Shown in pieces: positions 22,089 through 30,819 of a DNA stretch of 64,000 bases; positions within the stretch are counted from its first letter, which is position 1, and the number at the start of each line of letters is the position of its first letter. The stretch comes from an uncultured Chloroflexia bacterium. GTDB taxonomy: Bacteria > Chloroflexota > Chloroflexia > Thermomicrobiales > Thermomicrobiaceae. The stretch lies in NCBI GenBank assembly GCA_963713965.1, contig OY970217.1, forward strand, positions 526,761-590,760, given 5' to 3'. The translations under genes and the position numbers were made by a program. The notes below the pieces were generated by a model. The model was given only the letters and a program-made list of their open reading frames with translations, did not search any database and was not told the DNA's origin.

Positions 22089-23243
22089 ATGATGACGCGC
22101 GACAAGATTGAGGCCCTCAGCGATGCACAGTCGTCCGAGTGGCCGACGATCAGCCTTTACCTTCGAATCGATAAAGAGCGCATCGACGACGACTACACCA
22201 TTCGACTGAAGAATCTGCTCAACCAGGCAGCCGAACAGGTCGAGTCGAACTACAGCCACGACCAGCGAGAAGCAGCGAATTCAGACATCGAGCGTATACG
22301 CGAGTTCGTACGGGACGAGCAGGATCACTACGGTCGCGGCCTCGCGCTCTTCGTAAATTCGCGCAATGATCTCTTCGAGGCGATCGAGATTCCATCCGAT
22401 ATAGAGAGCCGCGTGAACATCGGCCCGCGGACTGACGTCGTGCCGCTCATTCGGCTACGCGAGCAGATGGAGCCGTTCTGCACGTGCCTTATCTCTCGTG
22501 ACCAGGCACGTGTCTTCTATGGTCACATGGGAAAGATCGAAGAGCTTTCTGAGTCACGAGACGACATGGTTCCGGGCCAGCATGATCAGGGTGGCTGGTC
22601 CCAAGCTCGCTACGAGCGTCATATCGAGGAGCACGTTCGCGCTCACTTCAAGGAGACGGCGAGTCAACTCTTCGATCTTGCGCAGCAGCGGCCGTTCCGA
22701 TTACTTGTGATCGGCGGACCAGAAGAGGTCGTCGCAGGGTTCGTTGAAACGCTTCATCCATACGTGCGAGAACGGCACGTCGGCAGCATCCGCATCTTGC
22801 CGGAAGCCAACATCAACGACGTGCACCGTGAGAGCTGCGATGTCATCAATCGCTGGCTCGATCATGAGAAGCAGCGCATGATCGACGCGCTGCGCAATCA
22901 GGCACCGTCTGGTGAACTGCGAGCCACAGGAGTCGCGGCGACCATTGAAGCCCTCCAGCGTGGGCAGATCATGACGCTCATCGTCGACGGTTCCTTCGAG
23001 CACGCCGGAGCGATCTGTCAACAATGCGGGTCACTCCAGATACCGAGCGACTCTTCGACGAATGAGTGCGTCTACTGCGGCGGCGATCTGCGCCAGGTCG
23101 ACAATATCGTTCCCGACATCGTGCTCGGTGCATTCCGTCAGGGCGCACGCGTTGTGTTTCTCAACTCGCCAGACCATCGACAGCAAGCCGCCGAGTTTGG
23201 CGCGATCGGTGCCATGCTTCGCTTCAATGTGGAGTCTGAATAG
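22089..23243 (+). CDS. eRF1/Pelota/Vms1-superfamily (bacterial aeRF1-like) protein with C-terminal zinc ribbon
   Basis: ATG at 22089 lies 7 nt after GAGAGG. The loop VPGQHDQGGWSQARYERHIEEH resembles the eRF1 GGQ loop, and there is a CQQCG-x14-CVYCGG ribbon. Confidence 0.7.
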   Translation: MMTRDKIEALSDAQSSEWPTISLYLRIDKERIDDDYTIRLKNLLNQAAEQVESNYSHDQREAANSDIERIREFVRDEQDHYGRGLALFVNSRNDLFEAIEIPSDIESRVNIGPRTDVVPLIRLREQMEPFCTCLISRDQARVFYGHMGKIEELSESRDDMVPGQHDQGGWSQARYERHIEEHVRAHFKETASQLFDLAQQRPFRLLVIGGPEEVVAGFVETLHPYVRERHVGSIRILPEANINDVHRESCDVINRWLDHEKQRMIDALRNQAPSGELRATGVAATIEALQRGQIMTLIVDGSFEHAGAICQQCGSLQIPSDSSTNECVYCGGDLRQVDNIVPDIVLGAFRQGARVVFLNSPDHRQQAAEFGAIGAMLRFNVESE

Positions 23244-23248
23244 CTCAA

Positions 23249-24214
23249 ATGTCCACGAAGCCTGTCGCCACCGCGATCGTCAACACGTACACCGGCAGAC
23301 GCAGCGCCGATGACGTTGAGGCCATCCTGCGCGAGGTACTATCGCCTCACATGAAGCTCACCGTGATCCGCACCCGGCGTGCGGGAGACGCGATTGGTTT
23401 GGGTCGAGCGGCGGCGCGCGACTCAGATCTCGTCATCGCGGTGGGCGGCGACGGAACGGTTAGCGAGGTGGCGGCAGGTATCCTCGGTACACGTGCCAGG
23501 CTTGCGATCGTCCCCAACGGCTCGACCAACGTGGTGTCACGCAACTTCAATATCCCGAACGAGACTCGTCGCGCGGCTCGCGCATTGATTGGCACATTAG
23601 AATCGAGAACCATCGACGTCATCAAGATCGAAAACAGAATCGCGCTTCACATGGTTGGGTGCGGGTTCGACGCCCTCATGATGGAGGACACCGCTCCAAT
23701 GTTAAAGCGCACCGCGGCATGGTTCGCATACGTGCCAGCTGCTCTTAAACACATGTCGGGTCGGCCATGGACGTTCCGCATCACCGTCGATGATCGACAA
23801 ATATCGACCGACGCCAAAATGGTTCTGGTCGCCAACGGTTCGTTCGTTCTCGACCCGCGCTTCGAGGTGGGACGCAACATCCGACCAGACGACGGTCTTC
23901 TCGACGTGATCGTCTTTACTCCGCCGAACTTCGCGGCAACCACCGAGATCGCCTCTCGCATGGCAATCGGACGCATCGAAAGCTCCAGCTACGTGCGGCA
24001 GTTCACGGGAAAGCATATCGTAGTGGAAAGCGACCCGCCAGCGCCCGTCGAATGCGATGGTGACGTGATTGGCACCACGCCCGTGACACTCGACGTCATT
24101 CCCGGCGCCATCACGATTGTGGTCCCAGCTCGCGAGCCAATGTCCGAGACGATCGCGGCGCGGGTGGACGAGACGCGCCCGAATCAGGGCGAAGTGCCGC
24201 CAGTCCCACGTTGA
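23249..24214 (+). CDS. diacylglycerol/lipid kinase family protein (YegS/DagK-like)
   Basis: 321-aa ORF with VIAVGGDGTVSEVAAG and the DAGK catalytic-domain pattern. Confidence 0.88.
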   Translation: MSTKPVATAIVNTYTGRRSADDVEAILREVLSPHMKLTVIRTRRAGDAIGLGRAAARDSDLVIAVGGDGTVSEVAAGILGTRARLAIVPNGSTNVVSRNFNIPNETRRAARALIGTLESRTIDVIKIENRIALHMVGCGFDALMMEDTAPMLKRTAAWFAYVPAALKHMSGRPWTFRITVDDRQISTDAKMVLVANGSFVLDPRFEVGRNIRPDDGLLDVIVFTPPNFAATTEIASRMAIGRIESSSYVRQFTGKHIVVESDPPAPVECDGDVIGTTPVTLDVIPGAITIVVPAREPMSETIAARVDETRPNQGEVPPVPR

Positions 24215-24230
24215 TCTGTTAATCGGAAGA

Positions 24231-25115
24231 CTATTGGGAACTCGTGGGGTATGTCTGACTGGCGTCCCACGTGGTACCGAGCACGCCCTGTGATACGCCG
24301 TCGACGGAGACGATGACGAACTCGGCGTCGCCTGAGCTCAATGACATCTGCTGACCGGTGAATGATTTCGACTGCCCAGCCGCGAGCACGTTGGAAAAGA
24401 CGAGCTTTCCATCCACGGTGGCATCAATCCAGACATCATGCGTCGCCGAGAACGCGAATGTGTGCGTTGTGTTCTCCGGCGTCGGCGTTGGAGGTGGGGG
24501 TGCCGGAGTCGGCGTCGGTGCCGTTGTCGGCGTTGACGTCGGCGCCTCCGTCGCCATCTGTTCTGTTGGCGTGGGAGTTGAGGCTTCGCTCGACACTGGC
24601 GTTGATGTCGCCGTTCCGACGGCAATCAAGCCGCTTGGGGTGCCAACTTCGGTCGCCGTGGCCGTAGAAATCGCGGTCGATGGGGTGCCGACACCACTAA
24701 TTGCGCTGGTCGTTGGCGTGGAGAGGTTGTCGGACGGTGCGAAATAGGCGCTGTACATCCAGGCAAATATGACGGCAGACATCACCACCATGAACGCGAT
24801 GATGGCGAAATTTGGCGCCCAGTGAGAGGGGACGTCAAGCGGCTTCATCGCCGGTACGACACGGAAGCCACCACTGCGCTGACCGTGAATATCCTCGAAC
24901 TTAGCCAGAACAGCCACAGGATCAAGACCGAGATACTCGGCGTAGCGACGGACGATCCCACGCGCATACGTCAGCGCCGGAAGGTCGTCAAACTCTTCAC
25001 GCTCCAGTGCCACAAGGTAATGTCGGCTGATTCGCGTGGCGCGTTCAGCCTCCCGGAGCGTCACGCCTTTATAGGCACGCGCATGACGCAGCAGCTCGCC
25101 GAACTCAGAGGTCAA
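24231..25115 (-). CDS. rodZ: RodZ-like cytoskeleton protein
   Basis: N-terminal XRE-type HTH (FGELLRHARAYKGVTLREAERATRISRHYLVALE), one TM segment, a T/P/S-rich linker and a C-terminal DUF4115-like domain. Confidence 0.85.
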   Translation of the reverse strand: MTSEFGELLRHARAYKGVTLREAERATRISRHYLVALEREEFDDLPALTYARGIVRRYAEYLGLDPVAVLAKFEDIHGQRSGGFRVVPAMKPLDVPSHWAPNFAIIAFMVVMSAVIFAWMYSAYFAPSDNLSTPTTSAISGVGTPSTAISTATATEVGTPSGLIAVGTATSTPVSSEASTPTPTEQMATEAPTSTPTTAPTPTPAPPPPTPTPENTTHTFAFSATHDVWIDATVDGKLVFSNVLAAGQSKSFTGQQMSLSSGDAEFVIVSVDGVSQGVLGTTWDASQTYPTSSQ

Positions 25116-25230
25116 GGTTTTTCGTGTGTCCCTTCCCGAGCTTGATATTCAAGTTCCGTCCCCGACGTGAACCTGAACACCGACCGGATCGAAATGGACC
25201 TCATAACGAGCATATCAAATCGGCCCGAAC

Positions 25231-26748
25231 TTAGCCCCGTCCCGATCGCCGGCGTGCGTTTGCCATGCGTGTATCGAGCAACTGGCGCAGCAGGTCGTCG
25301 ACAACTGGCGTGGGGCGACCATGGTGCGAGATATCTGCCTTCTGCAGCCACCAATCGTCGCTAGCGATCCACCAACTCCCAATGCTGCCGCGGCACGCGA
25401 GATCGTTGCGGTCCACCATCTGCCGGTGGTCGAACGCATATTGGTTGTTGCACCAGCCACGTTCGCCACCTTCGGCCGGTCGGAAATCACGGCACGTTGC
25501 ACAGCACTCACGCATCGACGTTTGAACTGCGCCCGTCGGCGGTCGCACCGGGACGCTCGGCGTTGCGACCTCCGGTCTCGGCTGCGGCCGAACCTCCGTT
25601 CGTTCTTCACGAACGGGCGGCGACTCAGTTTCCGTCTTTGCGACCGAGAAGGGTTCGGTCCAACCCGATCGCCCTTGAGGCAAGTCGTCGCCACTCGACT
25701 GTTTCTCTGGGATGGACCCGAAGGCCGGACGAGTTTGGGGTGGAGGTGCCGGTGGCTCGCTCGAGGGCCGCGGCATCGCCACATTCGGTCGAACAGGCGC
25801 TCGCTCAACTCTCTCAGCGGCCTCGGCGTGCCGAGCCGCTATGCGCTCCGCAGCGGTTTGCTGGACGGTTGTTCGGACCTCAGGCTCGGCCGATCTGTCT
25901 CCTGACGGACGGCGAGATTGCGCAGGTTCATACGACGAAGGTCGACCACCGCGATTCGGATCGAACGAGGGTGTAGATTCCCTTCGTTCCGTGAATGTTT
26001 CATTATGAGCCGCCGGTCGTTCTGGATCGGATCGCATTTCTCGGCGGCGAGCATCTGGCTGGGACGAGGTCGACGCCGGAGGGGCACTCGTCGGCGGAGC
26101 ATACGGCCGTTCGGTTCGAGGCGATTCGGATGCCTGAGGGTTGGACGGACGTCGATTGACGCTGGGTTCTTCCGTGACGGTAGGGGACGTTGCTTGCCTC
26201 GCATGATCGTAGTCACTCGGCGCTGAATCGCCTCGGTCGGACGGCGCCTCTCTTCGAATCTCAGCGGCTCGCTGGGGCGAGGCTTGCCGTTCCTGTGACG
26301 TGCCTCGGTCAGTAGTTGTGGTGGGAGCCATGCTGACGCTGACAGCGGTTACTCGATCAGTGTACTGCCGCTTGACGTCGCCGTCTCGTTGGTCGGGGCT
26401 GAAGCGCGGACTACTGCTGATCGGGACTGGTTCGGCGCCCTCTTTGGGCTCCCACAGATCGTTTGCCCAGTCGGTGCGACAAGCCAGCTCGCTCTTGCGT
26501 ACAAGGACCATCTGTTGGAGATTCTTGCGCAATGGGTGTCCACAGCGACCTGATCCCGCGAACCCGCCCTCTTCGAAATACCGGCAAGTCCCGCATTTGT
26601 GCTGTGTCACCGCCCCCCCTTGCCCCCGAAACGCTGAAACCGCTACGTCCCCCGCAATGGACGAAGCAGACACCCACGGGACCACCACGGGATTACCGCC
26701 GTGAGGAACATGCAGCTCATTGCGTCGCGAGTTTAACATAGCCGACAC
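25231..26748 (-). CDS. hypothetical protein: two copies of a Cys4 module flanking a ~300-aa P/R/E/S-rich disordered region
   Basis: This is the longest ORF in a region full of alternative-frame ORFs. The internal duplication CxTCRxF...GxC...QMV...LACR...W supports this frame. The start codon is uncertain. Confidence 0.6.
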   Translation of the reverse strand: MSAMLNSRRNELHVPHGGNPVVVPWVSASSIAGDVAVSAFRGQGGAVTQHKCGTCRYFEEGGFAGSGRCGHPLRKNLQQMVLVRKSELACRTDWANDLWEPKEGAEPVPISSSPRFSPDQRDGDVKRQYTDRVTAVSVSMAPTTTTDRGTSQERQASPQRAAEIRREAPSDRGDSAPSDYDHARQATSPTVTEEPSVNRRPSNPQASESPRTERPYAPPTSAPPASTSSQPDARRREMRSDPERPAAHNETFTERRESTPSFDPNRGGRPSSYEPAQSRRPSGDRSAEPEVRTTVQQTAAERIAARHAEAAERVERAPVRPNVAMPRPSSEPPAPPPQTRPAFGSIPEKQSSGDDLPQGRSGWTEPFSVAKTETESPPVREERTEVRPQPRPEVATPSVPVRPPTGAVQTSMRECCATCRDFRPAEGGERGWCNNQYAFDHRQMVDRNDLACRGSIGSWWIASDDWWLQKADISHHGRPTPVVDDLLRQLLDTRMANARRRSGRG

Positions 26749-27081
26749 ATTGCGACAGGATGTTCGTACAGTTAACGTTGAAACAGATTTGTGTTTGTGC
26801 GTCCAGTGCGGATTCGCTCGTTGAAGAGTGCGGCGTCGGTAGGACGGGTCTCCTCCGACGCCACGGATCCGCAGGCGATTAAGTGCCTGCGTACCTTCCC
26901 CAGCGGACTTTGACGTCCGCTCTTCCCTTGACGCGGGCGGTTGACGCGGCTCAACCCACGCTCTGCTTTATCAACGCTCTAGATTCGTCATGGTCGCACG
27001 TCTCAGACGTCACTGCAACGTCATCGGGTAAGTACGTTATACTGAGCGTTCGAAACGAACCGACGTTTTCCGGAGGTTTAC

Positions 27082-28452
27082 GTGATCCCGCTTACTGTCA
27101 CCAACGAAAAACGCGAGCGCCAAGTCGACGAGCCGGCTCTGGACGGAGCCAAGCGCTTCTTTGTTTGGACGGTCGGCTGCCAGATGAACGAAGCGGAGTC
27201 GTCGAAAGCCTCCGCGATCCTGCGCCAGGCAGGTTATCTGCCGACCATGATGGAAGAATCCGCTGACGTCATCATCGTCAATTCATGCGTCGTCCGTCAA
27301 GCGGCCGAAGACAAAGTAGCCGGTAAAGTCGGGGCACTCCTACGCCTCAAGCAACAGAATCCTGATTTGAAGATTGCCCTAACCGGTTGCATGGTGACTG
27401 GGCAGCAAGCCAAGCTTGCCGAGCGATTCCCACATGTTGACCTCTTCTACGGGCCGTCGGAATTCGAACGCTTGGTGGAGATCGCGCCCGAGATCGAGAC
27501 GGTCGACGTCGATCTCGCTGAGCTGCCTCACTACTATCAGGACGAGGCGGTCGACCCAGAGGTGACGGCGTTCGTCCCGATTATCTATGGCTGCAATTTC
27601 GTCTGCTCCTATTGTATCGTCCCGTACCGTCGCGGCCGTGAAGTCAGTCGCCAGATGAGCGAGATCGTCTCGGAAGTGACTGACATCGCGCGTCGCGGAG
27701 TCACCGAAGTCACACTTTTGGGCCAAACGGTAAACGCTTATGGTCACGACCTGCCAGCGCAACCGGATCTCGCCGACTTGCTGACCGCCATCGACGCCAT
27801 TGACGGAATCAAACGCGTTCGCTTTTTGACATCGCATCCGAAGTACATGTCAGATCGGATCATCGACGCCGTGGCCAATCTCCCCAGCCTGTGCGAACAC
27901 ATCAACCTGCCAATCCAGGCTGGCGACAATGAGGTCCTGCGACGCATGCGTCGCACGTATACCGTCGATTACTATCACGAGCGCATTGCCTACATCCGTG
28001 AAACGATTCCCGGCGTCACTCTTGCCACCGACATCATTGTCGGATTCCCGGGTGAAACCGCCGACCAGTTTGACCACACACTCGAACTCCTCTCGGACAT
28101 TGAGTTCGACAAGGTTCACGTGGCGATGTACTCGCCACGTCCCGGAACCCTGTCCAACCGCTGGGAGGACGAGGTCCCGTGGGTCGAGAAGAAGCGCCGG
28201 CATCGAGCCGTTGAGGACCTCCAACGCGAAGTCTGTACGCGACGCAACACGCGACACGTTGGAACCGAGCTCGAAGTGTTGGTCGACGGATTCTCTAAGG
28301 GTCGCTGGCGAGGGCGCTCGCGGGGTAATACATTGGTCTTCTTTGATGCGCCGGGCGACTGGAAGGGCCAGTACGTCACGGTACGAATCACTGAATCATC
28401 ACCTTGGTATCTCTTGGGAGAAGTAACGTCAGGCGAGCCGGTCAGCATTTAG
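27082..28452 (+). CDS. miaB: tRNA (i6A37) methylthiotransferase
   Basis: 456-aa ORF with a UPF0004 N-domain (VWTVGCQMNEAES), the radical-SAM motif CNFVCSYC and a TRAM C-terminus. Confidence 0.93.
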   Translation: MIPLTVTNEKRERQVDEPALDGAKRFFVWTVGCQMNEAESSKASAILRQAGYLPTMMEESADVIIVNSCVVRQAAEDKVAGKVGALLRLKQQNPDLKIALTGCMVTGQQAKLAERFPHVDLFYGPSEFERLVEIAPEIETVDVDLAELPHYYQDEAVDPEVTAFVPIIYGCNFVCSYCIVPYRRGREVSRQMSEIVSEVTDIARRGVTEVTLLGQTVNAYGHDLPAQPDLADLLTAIDAIDGIKRVRFLTSHPKYMSDRIIDAVANLPSLCEHINLPIQAGDNEVLRRMRRTYTVDYYHERIAYIRETIPGVTLATDIIVGFPGETADQFDHTLELLSDIEFDKVHVAMYSPRPGTLSNRWEDEVPWVEKKRRHRAVEDLQREVCTRRNTRHVGTELEVLVDGFSKGRWRGRSRGNTLVFFDAPGDWKGQYVTVRITESSPWYLLGEVTSGEPVSI

Positions 28453-28490
28453 GACTGGCTCGATTCGAACCGCGAAAGTGAAGGTGGAGT

Positions 28491-29402
28491 TTGGCAGCGT
28501 ATCAGCCAGATGGACGAAATCGGACTGCGAGGAAGCTCGCCGAGGAGGCGCGCAAGCACGCCATTGACGGCGATTGGCAGGCAGCGGCCGATGTCAATCG
28601 TAAGATCCTCGAGGCAAGTGCCCGAGACGTCGAGGCGATGAACCGACTGGGCAAGGCGCTGATGGAGATCGGGAATCTGGACGATGCGATCGACGTCTAT
28701 CGCCAGGCGCTATCTCTCGATTCGTCCAACGTCATTGCCCAGCGAAATGCGGGCCGCCTCGAGCAGCTGATTTCCGCCAAGGCCTCTGACTCCGTGGCCG
28801 CGACGGCCGCCCATCGTTCGGGTAACGCGGTCTTGGCAAACGTCTTCGTGCAAGAGGTCGGCAAGACCTTCATGACTGACCTCATCCGGCCAACCGACGA
28901 CGCGATCCTGACGCAGCTGGCTCCGGCCGACGAGGTCGAATTACAAGTCGAGGACAAGAACGTCGCGGTCTACGACCAGCACGGCAACAAGCTCGGTCAG
29001 CTCGAACCCAAGATCGCTCAGCGCATGATTCGCCTGATTGAATCGGGCAATCGGTTCAAGGTCTATGTCGTGGCGCTGACCGGCATGACGGCACGCATAA
29101 TCCTGCGCGAAGTCTCACACGATCCTGATTCCCCGTACCCAGTCGCCTTTCAACGCCAGGCGACCATCGCCGCGCCGCGTCCGTATCTACGGGACACACG
29201 TCGGATGGCGCGTGAGCTCGAGCCTGATCTCCTCGACAACGACGACGACGATGATGATGGGGACGACGACGATGACGAGGAGGAGTCGGAGGGGTTCGAG
29301 GAACTGTCCGACGATGACTCCGACGACGACTATTCTGACGACGATGACGACGATGACAGTGATGAGGAAGAAGAGGAAGAAGACAGCGCCGCTCAGAAGT
29401 AG
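28491..29402 (+). CDS. TPR-repeat protein with a small beta-rich middle domain and a ~55-aa polyacidic tail
   Basis: TTG start follows GAAGGTGGAG. The TPR-like segment is AMNRLGKALMEIGNLDDAIDVYRQALSLD, and the C-terminus is almost pure D/E. Confidence 0.75.
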   Translation: MAAYQPDGRNRTARKLAEEARKHAIDGDWQAAADVNRKILEASARDVEAMNRLGKALMEIGNLDDAIDVYRQALSLDSSNVIAQRNAGRLEQLISAKASDSVAATAAHRSGNAVLANVFVQEVGKTFMTDLIRPTDDAILTQLAPADEVELQVEDKNVAVYDQHGNKLGQLEPKIAQRMIRLIESGNRFKVYVVALTGMTARIILREVSHDPDSPYPVAFQRQATIAAPRPYLRDTRRMARELEPDLLDNDDDDDDGDDDDDEEESEGFEELSDDDSDDDYSDDDDDDDSDEEEEEEDSAAQK

Positions 29403-29440
29403 CTCGGTCGCCATTGTCGATCGGAACTCAAATCCAACAC

Positions 29441-29469
29441 GGGCTCGGCAATTATGTCATGCCGAGCCC
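29441..29469. terminator. hairpin between convergent genes
   Basis: GGGCTCGGCA-9 nt-TGCCGAGCCC forms a perfect 10-bp stem followed by GTTTCG on the plus strand. Confidence 0.5.
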
Positions 29470-29502
29470 GTTTCGATTACGCACTTTCGGGTGGAGTGGA
29501 AC

Positions 29503-29847
29503 CTACGCCAAGAAGAACCAGAGGATCAGAATGATCACGAACATCACCGCGGTGATGATGAACAGCCGCACCAGATCGGACTTGATCATGTCATATTCTT
29601 CGCCGACGTGTCCCCACGCGGTCACGACGCCAGACGACGTCGTCTGGCGCGAGCTTTCCACAGGAGCGTCGGGCTTCGCGTCTGGGTGCGCAACAGTCTC
29701 GGCTTTTCGCGCTCGGTAAGCCTGAAGCTGCGCCTCGTTGACCCGTGTTTTTCCGTCTCGGCGTGAACGGGTGGTCTTCTTCGGCATCTCGGGTCTACGT
29801 TCCTCTCGTCGTCGCGATCGAATTCGGGTCCCAAGTATAGCAGCCAC
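29503..29847 (-). CDS. hypothetical tail-anchored membrane protein with a basic N-terminus
   Basis: One C-terminal TM helix (LVRLFIITAVMFVIILILWFFLA). The start is either the GTG at 29847 or the ATG at 29787 (MPKKTTRSRR). Confidence 0.5.
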   Translation of the reverse strand: MAAILGTRIRSRRREERRPEMPKKTTRSRRDGKTRVNEAQLQAYRARKAETVAHPDAKPDAPVESSRQTTSSGVVTAWGHVGEEYDMIKSDLVRLFIITAVMFVIILILWFFLA

Positions 29848-29857
29848 GACCGGTCGG

Positions 29858-30673
29858 TCAGTCGTTGCCCCGAACCTCGACCGGCATTCCGCGTTCCAGC
29901 TCCCACGCCTTGGCGGCGTCTCCCGCGCTTACCGAGACCTCCAGCCCACCATGGCTGCCAAATAGCGCCAAGGTCCGCCCTTCGGGCACGTCACCATACG
30001 TCTTTACGATCCCGCGGACCACCGCTCGACCGCACCGAACGGTAACGCGTTCCGGTGCCGCGGGCAGGTCTTCGGGACGGATAAACGTGCGGCAGCTCCC
30101 GAAGTGATCGATAGAGACGATTGGACCGCGCACGACACCAGGCTCGACGTCGACCGTGGGAAAGTCCAATCGGATCAGGGACTCCGGATCAAGAGGCGAT
30201 CCAAGGTCTTGAAGTGCCATACCGCGTGCAAGCTGCGCTCCAGCCGGTGCAAAGACGTCTCGTCCGTGAAACGTGAAAGAGACGCTTTCACGTCTGGCTG
30301 CCGGTCGATCGAGAGACACCACCTCGTCAGGAGAGGCACCGTCAAGCACGAATGACGCCAGCCCATTGTCCGGCAGGACGAAAAACTGCCCACCAAAGCG
30401 AAACGCAATGGCGCGCCGCGACGTGCCAACTCCAGGGTCCACGACGGCGACGTGCACCGTGCCGGATGGAAACGTGCTCCAGGCCGTCGCGAGCTGAAAC
30501 GCACCTTCGGTCACGTCCTGCGCTCGCACCTCATGCGTCAGATCGACGATGCGCACCTCGCGCGCGATGGCCAGGACAACGCCCTTCATCTGCCCAACGT
30601 ACGTGTCGCGGCTGCCAAAATCGGAAAGAAGCGTCACGATTCCCGATCGTTCGGTGTCGTCTCCCACGTTCAT
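29858..30673 (-). CDS. SAM-dependent chlorinase/fluorinase-family protein (DUF62, SAM hydroxide adenosyltransferase-like)
   Basis: Motifs VTLLSDFGSRDTYVGQMKGV, VVDPGVGTSRR and LPDNG. Confidence 0.85.
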   Translation of the reverse strand: MNVGDDTERSGIVTLLSDFGSRDTYVGQMKGVVLAIAREVRIVDLTHEVRAQDVTEGAFQLATAWSTFPSGTVHVAVVDPGVGTSRRAIAFRFGGQFFVLPDNGLASFVLDGASPDEVVSLDRPAARRESVSFTFHGRDVFAPAGAQLARGMALQDLGSPLDPESLIRLDFPTVDVEPGVVRGPIVSIDHFGSCRTFIRPEDLPAAPERVTVRCGRAVVRGIVKTYGDVPEGRTLALFGSHGGLEVSVSAGDAAKAWELERGMPVEVRGND

Positions 30674-30819
30674 CCCTTCTTACTATCGAGAGTGCAGCTA
30701 CCAGGTACCTCGCGCCTAATGAGTGAACGTGAATGACATCGAAACGCGACATCATCATGACACACTTGCTGCCTCGACGCGATTCACCTGCAATGTGCGA
30801 ACAACCACCGATTGGCGGC

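Noticed and set aside
24338-24747. Repetitive GGCGTCGG/GGTGCC-type DNA that at first looked like a tandem-repeat or array-like element
   Set aside because: It is the in-frame T/P/S/A-rich linker of RodZ. There is no regular repeat-spacer periodicity. The alternative-frame ORFs here are composition artefacts.
25215-26226. Multiple overlapping ORFs in several frames on both strands
   Set aside because: They arise from low-complexity GC-rich sequence. Only the 505-aa frame carries the duplicated Cys4 module, so I kept that one at moderate confidence.
26980-27081. Possible miaB promoter (TGCAAC-18-TATACT near 27014-27043) and a tandem TTGACGCGG direct repeat upstream
   Set aside because: The match is weaker than for the other promoters and the repeat could be chance. 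It is not strong enough to list as a feature.
29187-29414. 75-aa V/I-rich minus-strand ORF
   Set aside because: It is the mirror image of the GAC/GAT/GAA tract that encodes the acidic tail, so it is an antisense artefact.
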